A DNA stretch of 64,000 nucleotides from Octopus vulgaris. Lineage: Eukaryota. The DNA lies in assembly GCA_951406725.2 (NCBI GenBank), contig OX597825.1, positions 17,794,001 to 17,858,000 on the forward strand, in the 5' to 3' direction. The position numbers were made by a program, and so were the translations under genes. The notes beneath the pieces are model-generated. The model did no database searches. It was not told where the DNA came from and saw only the letters and a program-made list of their open reading frames with translations. Positions 1 to 12,920 of this stretch are shown here, piece after piece; position 1 is the stretch's first letter; each line of letters opens with the position of its first letter.

Positions 1-123
1 TGGTACATATTGTATTGCTTTCTTATGACGAATCGCTAACTTATGCGGACGTAAACAAACCTACACTCTGTGGCAAGCGATGGTGAGGTGAAAGCAACAA
101 TACAGAGGCTCTCACACATAGCT

Positions 124-183
<60 letters not shown>

Positions 184-292
184 AGAAAATTCACAAACAA
201 AAAAGACGGAGACAGGTGCAGGTGGTGTAGACAACAAACAGTTGTATTAGTATAACGCTCGGGAAGTGAAAAAAATTTTAACGTTTCGAGCC

Positions 293-383
<91 letters not shown>

Positions 384-1110
384 GAAGGTGATGGAGAATA
401 AGGATAATAGCAAAACGAAAAAGGAGGACAAAAAGAAGTAGAGGAAGAAGAGGATCCAAGACTGCAGCTCATACAAAGTGACGAACTGTGGAATACCCTG
501 TCTGATAAACGGCAACCAAACCTGCTCACCGCGACATATGCAGGTCGGGCTTCTTACAGTTTCTTTCTAACAAATCCACTCACAAGGTGACACGCAGTGA
601 GATTAAACAGTCGAGAGGCCCCGTTGTAAGGAAGCAAAGTTTACCACAGAGGAATCCCTGCGCCCGTATAGTTCATTTATATATGTAGTTACATGTGTTA
701 TTGTTATAAATATATAAACACTCAAATATATACATTCATGTGAATGTATATACTTTTTTTGTGTCCATTGCAAAACACTTAACATTTCAAATTAGTTCAA
801 GGTTCCTTATGCTCTACACATCATTGATCTGCATCCTTTGCTCTCCAGAGAGGAAATTCTACTTGGTACTTTGCCTGGAAAGGAAACAGATTTGAACATT
901 CGCCAGATCTGTCGAAACGGAAATCAAATGATATTTACTGTGATTTATCAACATTAATTTACCTAACACAAGTATTCTTATCTGAGATACTATGTTTATT
1001 TTCGTATAAACGAATTACAATAACCCTTTAAATATCGTTTCCCGAGTGCTTCATTCACACTCAATAGGTTGTACGTCTCACGTTTTCCATATAGTGGACT
1101 TAGGTGATGG

Positions 1111-1409
1111 TGGAAGCACATGGCCTAGTGGTTAGAGCAGCGGACACGCGGTCGAGGGATCGTGAGTTCGAATCTCAGACCGGGCGATGTGTGTATTTAT
1201 GAGCGAAATACCTAAGCTCCACACGGCTCCGGGAGAAGTTAATGGCGAACTTCTGCTGACTCTTTCGCCACAAATTTGTCTCACTCTTTCCTCCTGCATC
1301 TTACAGCTCACCTGCGACGGACCGGCGTCCCGTCCAGGTGGGGAACCTACACGCCAAGGAAACCGGGAAACCGGCCATTATGAGCCAGAAATGGCTTGAG
1401 AAGGAACAA
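1111..1409 (+). mobile_element. tRNA-derived SINE (family A) with 13-bp target-site duplication
   Basis: A box tggcctagtgg and B box gagttcgaatc; flanked by ACTTAGGTGATGG at 1098-1110 and 1410-1422. Confidence 0.88.
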
Positions 1410-1696
1410 ACTTAGGTGATGGGTGTAATCTTAACATTTGGCTACGTCTTAAGCATTGTATTACATTTCTCCAATGATTTAATCATTTCTCCAGTATTAT
1501 TAAATCTTTAATCTATTAATCTATAATCCCTATCACCGTCATCAGTATCACTTCATCTCATCAGCATCACTCTATCTCGAACCTCACAATGACATTTCTA
1601 TATAGGCTGCATACATCTAACCGTACCGGCGGGAAATACATTATCCCTGATCGTAGATATCCCAATAACAGCTTCTTCAGCTAACTTCATAAGCAT

Positions 1697-1859
1697 GTAG
1701 GAATGGCTGTGTGGTAAGTAGCTTGCTTACCAACCACATGGTTCCAGGTTCAGTCCCATTGCGTGGCACCTTGATGTAGTCTCTTCTACTATAGTAGCCT
1801 CGGGCTGCCCAAAGCCTTGTGAGTGGATTTGGTAGACGGAAACTGAAAGAAGCCCCTCG

Positions 1860-1914
<55 letters not shown>

Positions 1915-2146
1915 CTATGTGTGTGTGTGTGTATGTTTGTGTGTCTGTTTGTTCCCCCAACATCGCTTGACAACCGATACTGGTGTTTTTACGTCCACGT
2001 AACTTAGCGGTTCGGCAAAAGAGACCGATAGAATAAGTACTAGGCTTACAAAGACTAAGTCCCGGGGTCGATTTGCTCGACTAAAGGCGGTGCTCCAGCA
2101 TGGCTGCAGTCAAATTATTGAAACAAGTAAAAGAGTAAAAAGAGAG
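1697..2146 (+). mobile_element. tRNA-derived SINE (family B) with internal (TA)/(TG) tract
   Basis: Head tggctgtgtggtaag...ggttcagtccc; colinear with copies at 6118-6515 and 51445-51850. Confidence 0.85.
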
Positions 2147-4812
2147 TATGTCCTCCTTTTTCTTCAACTTGTCAGTAGATATTAAGTTCCCGAAAAGCAT
2201 TTTAAAAATTCTTGGCGCCTTTTACTTGTGTTCCTCTGGACGGCACAAATTCTAACCCACTAACACTTTCACTTCTCCTAAAGTCTTAACATTTAGACTT
2301 TACTTTAGCATCTACTCTTCATTCGAACTTAAGGCTACCACTCGTCTTTCAGATGGATTTCTCTTTGCACTCGGTTTCTCTCCTTTTCCAAAAGACTAGT
2401 GGTGTAGTCATGGTTATTTAATGAACCTTAGTTACACCAGCCAATTCATGTGTCACATCGAAGACTAAATCTTCGATCAATTCACAGACCCTCCTTTGAT
2501 TTCTAGACTCGTAATTTGAAAAAAGTACATACATAGAGTAAATTAAAAGGTCCAAGCATATTGCATTTTAAGGGGTATTTGGTTGTAAAGAAAAATGCTA
2601 AGTGAAACTGAAATGAGCTGAGACCATTTATCAGTAAACATTTTGAGATGAAAATTAAGAAAGTGAATGGGAGTATATAAACGTGAAATGCATTTCATTG
2701 TCGAGAGCGAAGGTAATTGTTAAGACATCACTTTTGAATGAGTATTGGTCTTACTCCATTCTCATGGGATTAACTTTACTTCAACAGCTTTCATCAATAG
2801 TTTTCACTTTGCAATATATTTATTACTAAAATCACTGGCACTTTTGATACCGCCCACGATATTTCTGTTGTTATTGTTTATACTACAACTAGCCTTTTAC
2901 AGCTATTCCACTGGCATCTTGCTCATACCAGAAGTGGCATCATGTTATAACAATTACATCTACAACGTCGATTATGTATTAAGAGCTGGTCTATTTTCTC
3001 CGCTAGGACTTATGCTTTCGGTGATAGTCAACTCCATACTTTAGCGAACCTGGGTTACTGCCAGAATCTCCCCACTTTTACTCCAAATAAATCCCAACTG
3101 GAGACCAATGGCTAAATTTCCTTTGATCACCTTTCATTTTCCCATCAACAATATAATATCAGTCATTACTTTCACGGCGTTTCTATTTACAAATTCTTCC
3201 ATTTGGTCTGATTCTCCACTTGTCTTTGAAAATGCAAACGCATCCTACAAGAGAAAGTATTACCATCGATCATTTTCCCCATCAGGAAAGGATAGATAAT
3301 CTGGAAATTTCTCTGAATTCGTTTCTTTAGCAATATGCTTAAACAATTTAACTATACATTTTAGTACGGCAATTAAAGATTTATATTGTGTTATATTATA
3401 TTATATTATATTATATTATATTATATCATATTTATTTGTCGTAATACTCTTACAATATTAGTCACTTTGCTTTTGCTTTGAAGATTATAAATGTTCCGTA
3501 ATTTCCCATTAATTAAGAAATAATTCATGTATTTCCTGATCAATAAAAGGTTAATGGATAGATTGAGTACAAATTATAAGGACATTATATGATAATAAAT
3601 GCAGTTAGCAATAAATGGTTATGTTAATAGTGTATTTACGTCCCCGTAACTACACCGTTCGGCAGAAGAGACTAATGGAATGAGTACAGGTTTGAAAACA
3701 AATAACAGACAAATAAAAAAGTACTGCGGTTGCTTCATTCAAAATTCTTCGAGGGGCTGCCACATCATGACCGCGGTCTAATAAATGATACAAGTAAAAG
3801 GAAACAGGAAGATAATTCAGAAGGCGAAACGAAATAGCCTTACAAAAGAAGATGAGATCGGCAGCAATTTTCCTTGTGTAATTTCAATTTATTTTACTTA
3901 TGCGACACAACTGCAAATCAGCAAATATTTTATATACTCTTTGTATATCCTCGAGACGAGTGGTTCCGCTTTTATTTCGGATGTGAGACGAGAGAGCGGC
4001 ATTCATAAGCCGCAAAAAAAAAAAACAGAGAAAAAGGCGAATTACTGTATCTGCCATAACTCCGGGAATTTAAAGAACACACGTATGTTAATTATGTGAT
4101 ATTCGTAATGTTTTGTGCGTGGGTGGGTGTAAAATAGAAAATATTTATAATGTGATAGATACGAAGATACTAACGTATATATTTTCACATATTTGTCTCA
4201 TAATTGCCGTTTCGTTTATCATCATTTATAAGACAGTCATAACGTATTTATATATATACATATATACATGCGTAAAATCTCAAAACACAATGTAAAAACA
4301 ACATGGCGTCTTAAATATAAAATCCTGTTTAATTGTGTTTATATTTCAAAAATTACATTTCACTTTATAAACTTAGAACATGAACATTTTATTTGATTAT
4401 ATTTCTTGTTAGACAACGAATATTACAAAACATTTCAAAAGAACCTAATAACTTTAGTTTCAAAAGAAAATTGTATAAACACGAATATAGGCGAAAGGTG
4501 TAATAATTTTCTATAGATGCATGTGTTGCTACGTCCTGCATGATATTAGTCAAGAGCACATATATTTTAAGATAATTGTAAGAGAATGGTTACGTTGCAT
4601 CTGCTATATGAGATGATTATGTATATTATATAAAAAGGTCATGCAACATAAATGAAGGTAAACAAATACAACTTCAAATAAGTACAGACGGGGGTAATCT
4701 AGGAAACGCTTCTGTAAAATATTTCTAAAACTGACAGAAGACTACAAACCAAATGTATGAAGCTCTGTGTTTGCTACCGTGTATGTGAACACACACACAT
4801 ATACCAATGCCT

Positions 4813-4867
<55 letters not shown>

Positions 4868-4993
4868 CGCGTATATAGGGGCAGACGTGGTCGTGGGGTA
4901 AGACCCTTGCTTCCCAACCACATGGTCCTGGGTGAATGGTAGCTTGGGCAAATGTCTTCTACTATAGCCTTGGTGGGACAAAGGAAGTCCGTC

Positions 4994-5041
<48 letters not shown>

Positions 5042-5299
5042 ATGTATATATGTACACACACATACATACATATGTATGTATGTATATATATATATATAAA
5101 CGTAGTACGTGTAGAAACATTACACTGCATCTTAAAAACCGCTCCTGATGTTGCAGTTACTGTTTTGTAAAAGCATTTGGAACTGTTATTGAAACACATG
5201 AGACCAGTGATCGCTTTATCGAATCTCAAAGTTACTTATCTTTAGTGTGATTTACCTCATAACCATTATGTCTTACGACTTTTTTCCATTTCCATTTTT

Positions 5300-5660
5300 G
5301 TTGAATCTTCTGTCTTAAGCGCAGTAAGGGACCCCCTTTGATTATGAATGACGATGGGATTGCCTCTAGAATGTTACCCTCCGTGATGCAAGTCCGACCA
5401 GGGTTCTTTATTGAAGTCCAGTTGTCGTCCCTGCATGCCATCCGCCTCTCTCCACGCCCCCGATGTTATCCAACCGAAAGTCAAAAACCAATACATTTTA
5501 GCACCAGAGACGTTGCAACTTATTTCTACAGATGAGTCAACTGAAACAATGTGAAATAATTTGTCTTGCTCAAGAACACAACACAGAGCCTGGTCCGGAA
5601 ATTGAACTCACATCCACATGATTATAAGCGCGATGCTCTAGCCATTGAGCCATATGTTCC
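5300..5660 (-). mobile_element. Diverged tRNA-derived SINE
   Basis: Minus-strand head tggctcaatggctagagc...gagttcaattccgg followed by gtgttcttgagcaagac; similar to 53550-53865. Confidence 0.65.
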
Positions 5661-6117
5661 ATAAATTCTTCCTGATTTGCTGATTTGTTGATTTGTTTGT
5701 AGTGATTAAATGTTTGTATTGTGTATTAGAGCGCTGTACAGGTCTCAACACAGATGTCGAAATGATTGCCAAGCAGCATGAAAGGACATCTTTTGTTTAA
5801 TAAGGAATCCCAGTGAGCGGTCTAGGAAGTAAAAACACGATTTTATAATGTTCAGTACATCATTCTAACCTCTCGATCAAACACCTTCACCTGCCACAAC
5901 CTACGCATAGTTTGAAAATCCACTGGACGGTACACCTATATATACACATATATATACACATATATATATATACACCTATATATACACCTATATATATATA
6001 CACCTATATATACACATATGTATACATCTATGATGTTCCATAAAAAACCCCCACAAAAGTAAACTTTAGAAAAGACATGGAAATACGCACAAATGGAAAT
6101 TATATATAAAATATTGC

Positions 6118-6515
6118 AGGCACAGGAGTGGCTGTGTGGTAACGAGCGTGCTTTCCAACCACATAGTTCTTGGCTCAGATCCACTGCGTGGCACCTTGGG
6201 TTAGTGCCTGCTAAAATAGCATCGTGCTGATCAAAACCTTTCAGAAACTGAAAGAAGACGTCATATATATGTGTATGAGTTTGTGTGTGTGCTTGTGTGT
6301 ATACGTTTATGAGTCTGTGTGTGAGTTTGTGTCTGTGTTTGGCCCCCTTCCCCCATCGCTAACACTGGTGTATTTACGTCCCCATATTTAGCGGTTCGGA
6401 AAAAGAATGGGATAGGCTTACAAACAATAAGCTTTGGGGTCGATTTCTACGACTAAAACACTTTAAGGGTGTGCTCCAGCATGACCGCAGTCTAGTGACT
6501 AAAACGTTAAGAGAA
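6118..6515 (+). mobile_element. SINE family B, diverged
   Basis: ggagtggctgtgtggtaac...ccactgcgtggcaccttggg...tagcggttcgg...gtgctccagcatg. Confidence 0.8.
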
Positions 6516-6993
6516 TAGCAGAATATTATTTGCTGAGCAGTAGGGGTAGATGTCATCGATTTAACTACTACTGGGTGTGACTAAAATTTGCATCTCCCTG
6601 CCACACTACGTCAAGCCAGTGTGGCAGAGTAGATTCATAAAACCAGTGTGAATTCGAGCTCAAATTCCCGGCCTCCATATCAAAAGAACTGAACATGTTG
6701 TGGACCATGTCCTACAGTGAACTGAACGTGCGCAATCCAATCCAATACTATTGACAAAAATCAATCAAACACTCACACACTAAGAAAAAGTAACAATTCA
6801 CACTCATTTCATACTAAATAAATAAAGTATTTATGTTGCGATACTTTATATGTAAATATAAATTTCTCACAAACATTATTTCTAATTGACTCAACTATCC
6901 ATTTAACCATTATATGTGTGCGTGCATGTCTACTTACATCCAAACATCCATATACATACATACATACATACATAGATATATGCATGTGTATAA

Positions 6994-7037
<44 letters not shown>

Positions 7038-7048
7038 GTGTGTGTGTA

Positions 7049-7093
<45 letters not shown>

Positions 7094-7265
7094 GCATATA
7101 TATGTATGTGGTACAGTTAGGTATATTTGAAAGAACTAGATCTCTGAACTAAAATATATATCGTTAAAATTTTTTTTAAATAAGAAGTTAAACTGATGGA
7201 AACTACCAGTGAAGTCATTATTTTTCTTTTTTCAAATATATATATATATATGTATATATGTATTT

Positions 7266-7316
<51 letters not shown>

Positions 7317-7847
7317 TACATACACATAAATATGTGTTTTCATTATATGTCTGTGCCTATGTGTGGTACGTTGAACTATAAGTACACAGGTATGAATATA
7401 TGAGTGACTATATTGATTGCTGAACATACAGAAATATTTTATGCAGCCATTCTAAATAAATGAATTTATTTAGTGGTAAAATGGAATTGATAAACAAGAA
7501 GAGAAGATTACATATGCCTCAAGATGGTGATTGTAAATATGTCGTGTCTTCAATGTAAATATGATGGATTTTGACTCGAATACAAACATATCCTCTTGGG
7601 CTGTGTGTAAATGGAGTAAATATATTATGTACGATTTACAAAACAACTTCATATTAAACTAACATATAGTTATCTCAATGTAGAGGCTTAACTGCCGGCA
7701 AGGGGAATTTGGCCTTTATCTAAGTTAGGTAATGTGACTTCGTATATTGATATATATGCAAAATATACGTATATAAAGATATAAAAATATGTCTGAATAT
7801 ATGTGGTGATTTGTGTATTTATTTATCTTTCCCCCTTTTTGTTTATG

Positions 7848-7908
<61 letters not shown>

Positions 7909-8355
7909 ATGTACTTCAGTCTTTGTGTGTGTGTGTGCGTAATTGTTTGTGTGTGCCTGTATGTGTATGTGTCTGTGTCTTTGTGCGCGAGTGTTTATAC
8001 TTATGAAAAAATATATATTTACGTATATGTGTCTATATATATTTCTACAGGTATGCGTAGAGAAAAACATATATGCATATGCATAAACATAGGGGAATAT
8101 GATGTTTTCGCACAATTTTGTTTATTAATTTATTTCTCTGTGTATTTTATTTCACGTACATTAGTCTAATGAAGGATAAGTGTAATATATTTTATACACT
8201 TCAGTTAGTACATTTGTTTTGATACACACACGCGTATATATAAATATATGTGTGTATATGTTTCTGTGTGCGTTCGCGTGTTTGTGTGCCTGCGTATGTG
8301 TATAAATATTTATAAATATATATATATAAATATGTATATATAAATATATATGAAC

Positions 8356-8403
<48 letters not shown>

Positions 8404-8477
8404 ATACATATTTGTAGGTATGTGTATATTTTGCATATATATTCATAAAGAAATATAAGTATGCGTACTTGTATATG

Positions 8478-8511
<34 letters not shown>

Positions 8512-8605
8512 TATATACATATATCTATATATCTATCTATCTATCTCTCTCTCTCTATCTCTCTATCTCTCTCTCTCTCTATATATATATATATAGATAG
8601 ATAGA

Positions 8606-8636
<31 letters not shown>

Positions 8637-9231
8637 GCGTGTGTGTATTGTGAGTGGGTGGGTAAGAAAGCGTGTGTGTATGTGAAAATATTTTTACACC
8701 TCTTTAGCAAATGGTAGTGTATATGCGTCACGATAATGCATATGTTCTTTATTTAACAAGTAATCCCCTGTTATATGTTTCTAAGTGTTCATTGGTTTCC
8801 TACCATAAGAACATGACGATGCGTACAGAAGATCGATACAACCTTGGAACGTCTATTTGAACATGTATTCCATCAAATGGGCAATTACAGGACGGAGCAG
8901 GTGTATTGGATTTTTTTATATGAAAGTACATTTACTCTGAAAGAGATTGATGTGCTGGCTATGGATTTTCCAGTCTATTTATGATAGACTGATATACAAA
9001 CATCTCCTTGTTTCTCTATGGAAGAAATTTTCTGCTCTTCCATAACGAAATAAGGACATGCGAACGGTGTATACACGGTTATAAAAACACCTGCGCACAT
9101 CCACTTCTACACATGTAGGTGTGCATAATACTATTTGTTTGTAATTGTTTGTCGCCTTCTCTTTGTCTCTAAGTCTATATGTGTCACTCTCTATCTTACT
9201 CTCTCTATCTTTCTATCTCCCAATCTATGTA

Positions 9232-9405
9232 TCTACCTACCTACCTACCTACCTACCTACCTACCTACCTACCTACCTACCTACCTACCTACCTACCTAC
9301 CTACCTACCTACCTACCTACCTACCTACCTACCAACCTACCTACCTACCTACCGACCAACCCAACTATCTACCTACCTATCCGCCTATCTCCCCAACTAC
9401 CTGCG

Positions 9406-9504
<99 letters not shown>

Positions 9505-9530
9505 GTCTATCAATCTATCTATCCATCTAT
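9232..9530. repeat. (CTAC)n plus (TCTA)n tetranucleotide microsatellite
   Basis: Seen directly; source of the YLPT/YLSI ORFs. Confidence 0.95.
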
Positions 9531-9627
9531 CTATGTTTATACATATACATACGTATATATGTCTATATATGCGTATGTATCTTCATAAACATATATGCGT
9601 ATGTATCTTCATAAACATATATGTGTA

Positions 9628-9790
9628 TAGGCCTAGTAGTTGCTGTGTGGTAAGTAGTTTGCCTACCAACCACATGGTTCCGGGTATAGTCCCACTTCGT
9701 GTCACCTTGGGCAAGTTTTTCTACTATAGCCTCGGCCCGACGAAAGCCTTGAAAGTGGATTTGGTAGACTGAAACTGAAAGAAGCCCGTC

Positions 9791-9792
<2 letters not shown>
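9628..9792 (+). mobile_element. SINE family B, 5' half
   Basis: gctgtgtggtaagtag...ccttgggcaag...gaaactgaaagaagcccgtcg ending in (TA)n. Confidence 0.8.
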
Positions 9793-9845
<53 letters not shown>

Positions 9846-9851
9846 GAGACG

Positions 9852-10283
9852 TGGAAAATGATGGAAATGTTATGTATCCACAATTCATTGCGTCTCGCTT
9901 GAAGATCCTCACCAAGGAGTATCTGGACATCCCGAAGAACTCTGTTACCTCGGATGGAGCAGAATTTGGTGCTTGTCAATATGATGCATACCTATGATTA
10001 TACACCATGTCAGGAGTCAAAAGCAAACAAAGCCTTCTTTAGGGAGAAGGTGCCAGTTTTTGTGAGGGCCAACATTCAGCCCAGTAATACCCCAAATCTC
10101 AACCTTCTCGATTATTTATTTGTATGGGCTTACTTCAAGTAAGACTAATATTTCACCATACTCCAGTATCAACAGCTTGAAGACACGAAAAACCAAAAAG
10201 ACAGAGGTCGCGGCAGCTGCAAAACAATTACGTTCTCGTGTGGAGACAGTAATTGCTCAAAAAGGCGGCCATATTGGGTGATG
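9852..10283 (+). mobile_element. Decayed Tc1/mariner-superfamily DD37D (maT-type) transposase, C-terminal part
   Basis: YDYTPCQ...QPSNTPNLNLLDYLFVW resembles QDSAPAH...WPSNSPDLNPLDYFVW with 37 residues between the two Asp; ends KQLRSRVETVIAQKGGHIG*; frameshifted. Confidence 0.8.
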
Positions 10284-10512
10284 AATGCTTTTGCATTAAT
10301 AAATGTCACACTAAAATATTATGTGTCTACTACCACTATTTCAATATCTATAACCAATTTTATTCATCGTAAAAATTGTCTCAACTTACCAGACACTATA
10401 TATATATATATATGGGTGTGTGTGTGTGTGCGTGTATGTGTGTGTGTGTGCTGATCGTTCATACGTCATTCGACGGACGAGACCATCTCACACACACACA
10501 CACACACACACG

Positions 10513-10543
<31 letters not shown>

Positions 10544-10547
10544 TTAT

Positions 10548-10766
10548 ATACAATCAAAATAAGCAACAAGGATATCCAGAGGTAATACAGTACGATCGTG
10601 TCATGCGACTCCATTTAATTGAACAATGCAAACATTACATCAAATTAATTTGTAGGTTGCTCTACAATTTAATTTGATGCAATATTTGCATTTGAATTAA
10701 ATGGAGTCGCATGAAACGATCGTACTGCATTACCTCTGGATATCCGTGTTGCTTATTTTTAGTATA
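10548..10766. mobile_element. Fold-back element with ~105 bp inverted arms next to a (TA)n tract
   Basis: aaaataagcaacaaggatatccagaggtaat...tgtag, loop gttgct, then ctaca...attacctctggatatccgtgttgcttatttt. Confidence 0.85.
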
Positions 10767-10865
10767 ATCACCTTATTTTAAATTGTATGGATAAAACCAG
10801 ACTAAATTCTGGTGCCTCAACTTCAGTACCACATACATTTGCTGGACCCACATACATACACACAC

Positions 10866-10951
<86 letters not shown>

Positions 10952-11437
10952 ATAAATAAAACACATGCATATATATATACATATATGTACGTACCTACAT
11001 CTACATGTATATATACACGCATATATGAGTACAGGACACCAAAAAAACGTCGAACACAATGAGAAACGAAAACATAGACACAAACCCAAGGAACTGGACA
11101 TTTTTCTTAAACAACAAAAAAATAGAGTACAGGACAAATAACACAAGGAAAAAAACCCTTCTTCAGTCGCCATGGTTTCATCTACTTTACGTTTCGAAGG
11201 TGAAGGTGAGACGTATCTTCAACAGAAACTTTCCTTCCTGCGAAAATTTAAGATCTTTTTGCAGAGGGGTAAAAATGGTAACAAAAACAGGACAGTAACG
11301 ACAGTACAAAATATAAGCAGTAAAAGACAGGACAAGGAAAATAACAAGACAAGAAGGGCTGTTAAGCCGAACGAAAAAAAGATATATATATATATACGTA
11401 TATATAGTACAACAGTACAGTATAGTATACTACTTAC

Positions 11438-11566
11438 ATAAAACTTTAACTGCAATTTTTCGGTAGGAATTCGGTGGGACACCATTTGAAGCTTCACAGG
11501 TATATATATCATCGCAGTAACGCGTCACGTTGTGAATGATAAGCACTTCTCCTGGCGGTCCAACCT
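11438..11566 (-). CDS. Exon of the same Ig gene (C-terminal half of the second visible Ig domain); not in the ORF track
   Basis: Acceptor gtgttttgttgcag|AG and donor TTAT|gtaagt; 129 nt, phase 1 to 1. C+AG=Gln joins the previous exon. Encodes VGPPGEVLIIHNVTRYCDDIYTCEASNGVPPNSYRKIAVKVL; YxCxAxNGVPP is typical of lachesin/IgLON Ig2. Confidence 0.92.
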
Positions 11567-11759
11567 CTGCAACAAAACACAATCAATTTTATTTTAAGGC
11601 GGTGGAAATACAATGCTTCACATATAAATATATACATCATTAATATTGACAAGGTTTAGTTTGGAAAATTCGTTTTATAAAAAGCCCTATTTCTATTATT
11701 TTCCTTTGGCTCGGTTTTATTCGGTCTTATTCTTGGACCTGTTATTGTATCATCATCGA

Positions 11760-11783
11760 TATTATTATTATTATTATTATTAA

Positions 11784-11822
<39 letters not shown>

Positions 11823-11851
11823 TATTATTATTTTTTATTTATTTATTTATT

Positions 11852-11882
<31 letters not shown>

Positions 11883-12104
11883 GTAGTAGTAGTAGTAGTA
11901 GTAGTAGTTGTTGTAGTAGTAGAAGTAGTAGTAGTGGTGGTAGTATTATTACCATCATCAACCTTACTACTACTACTACTGCTGCAACTACTACTGCTAC
12001 TACTTCTGCTACTACTACTACAACTACAACTATAACTAAAATGTTTCCTTTTCTTCTTATCATTACTATTATTATCACTAGTGTTGTTGTTATTATTATT
12101 ATTA

Positions 12105-12166
<62 letters not shown>

Positions 12167-12178
12167 ATTATTATTATT
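11760..12178. repeat. (ATT)n/(TAG)n/(CTA)n trinucleotide microsatellite cluster
   Basis: Seen directly. Confidence 0.95.
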
Positions 12179-12677
12179 TCTGAGTTGAAATTCCGCCGAG
12201 GTGCAGTTTGCTTTTCATCCTTTCAGGGTTGATATATTAAGTACGAGCGAAGCATTTGGTTCGATGTACTCGACTAGTCCTCTCCACCTTAAATTTAAAA
12301 CCTTGCATCATTAGTAAGATAGATTATCATTATTACTACTATTATTACTACTATTACCATTTTTAGTTGTAGTAGTAGTTCGATCATTATTCTCACTTAT
12401 CATCATTATGCAAATGTTTATACGATAATCTAAGTAACAAAGGCATAATCAGACTAGAGCACTTGCAGAGTACTTGATGTCATTTTGATGTCAATCTGCA
12501 AAAGTGTTTCACTTGCAATTTTTTTCTGCTACTTTAGTAACATCTTGTGCATTTTAACATTTAAACCAATTCCAAAAGGAACAATTTTCACTTACTGCTC
12601 TCCAAATTGCTTGATCTCTCCGAGTGACCCATATACTTTTAAATTTGCTTGGCTTTCTTGATATCTACTTTATTATA

Positions 12678-12736
<59 letters not shown>

Positions 12737-12763
12737 CATCAGTATTATTATCATTATTATTGC

Positions 12764-12817
<54 letters not shown>

Positions 12818-12825
12818 CATTATTG

Positions 12826-12892
<67 letters not shown>

Positions 12893-12920
12893 CATCATTA
12901 TTATTATCATTACTATTATT
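12678..12920. repeat. (ATT)n microsatellite
   Basis: Seen directly; source of poly-Ile/Leu ORFs. Confidence 0.95.

Noticed and set aside
880-925. 9-bp hairpin followed by CGAAAC as a hammerhead
   Set aside because: No recognisable NUGANNA core, palindrome or stem I.
1111-1185. tRNA gene (also heads near 14275 and 52690-52765)
   Set aside because: A and B boxes are present but continue directly into SINE bodies; one has a target-site duplication around the whole element.
1535-1570. Two CTGATGA motifs on the minus strand (ribozyme core or snoRNA box)
   Set aside because: Lie in an ATC-rich low-complexity tract with no stem II, GAAA or terminal stem.
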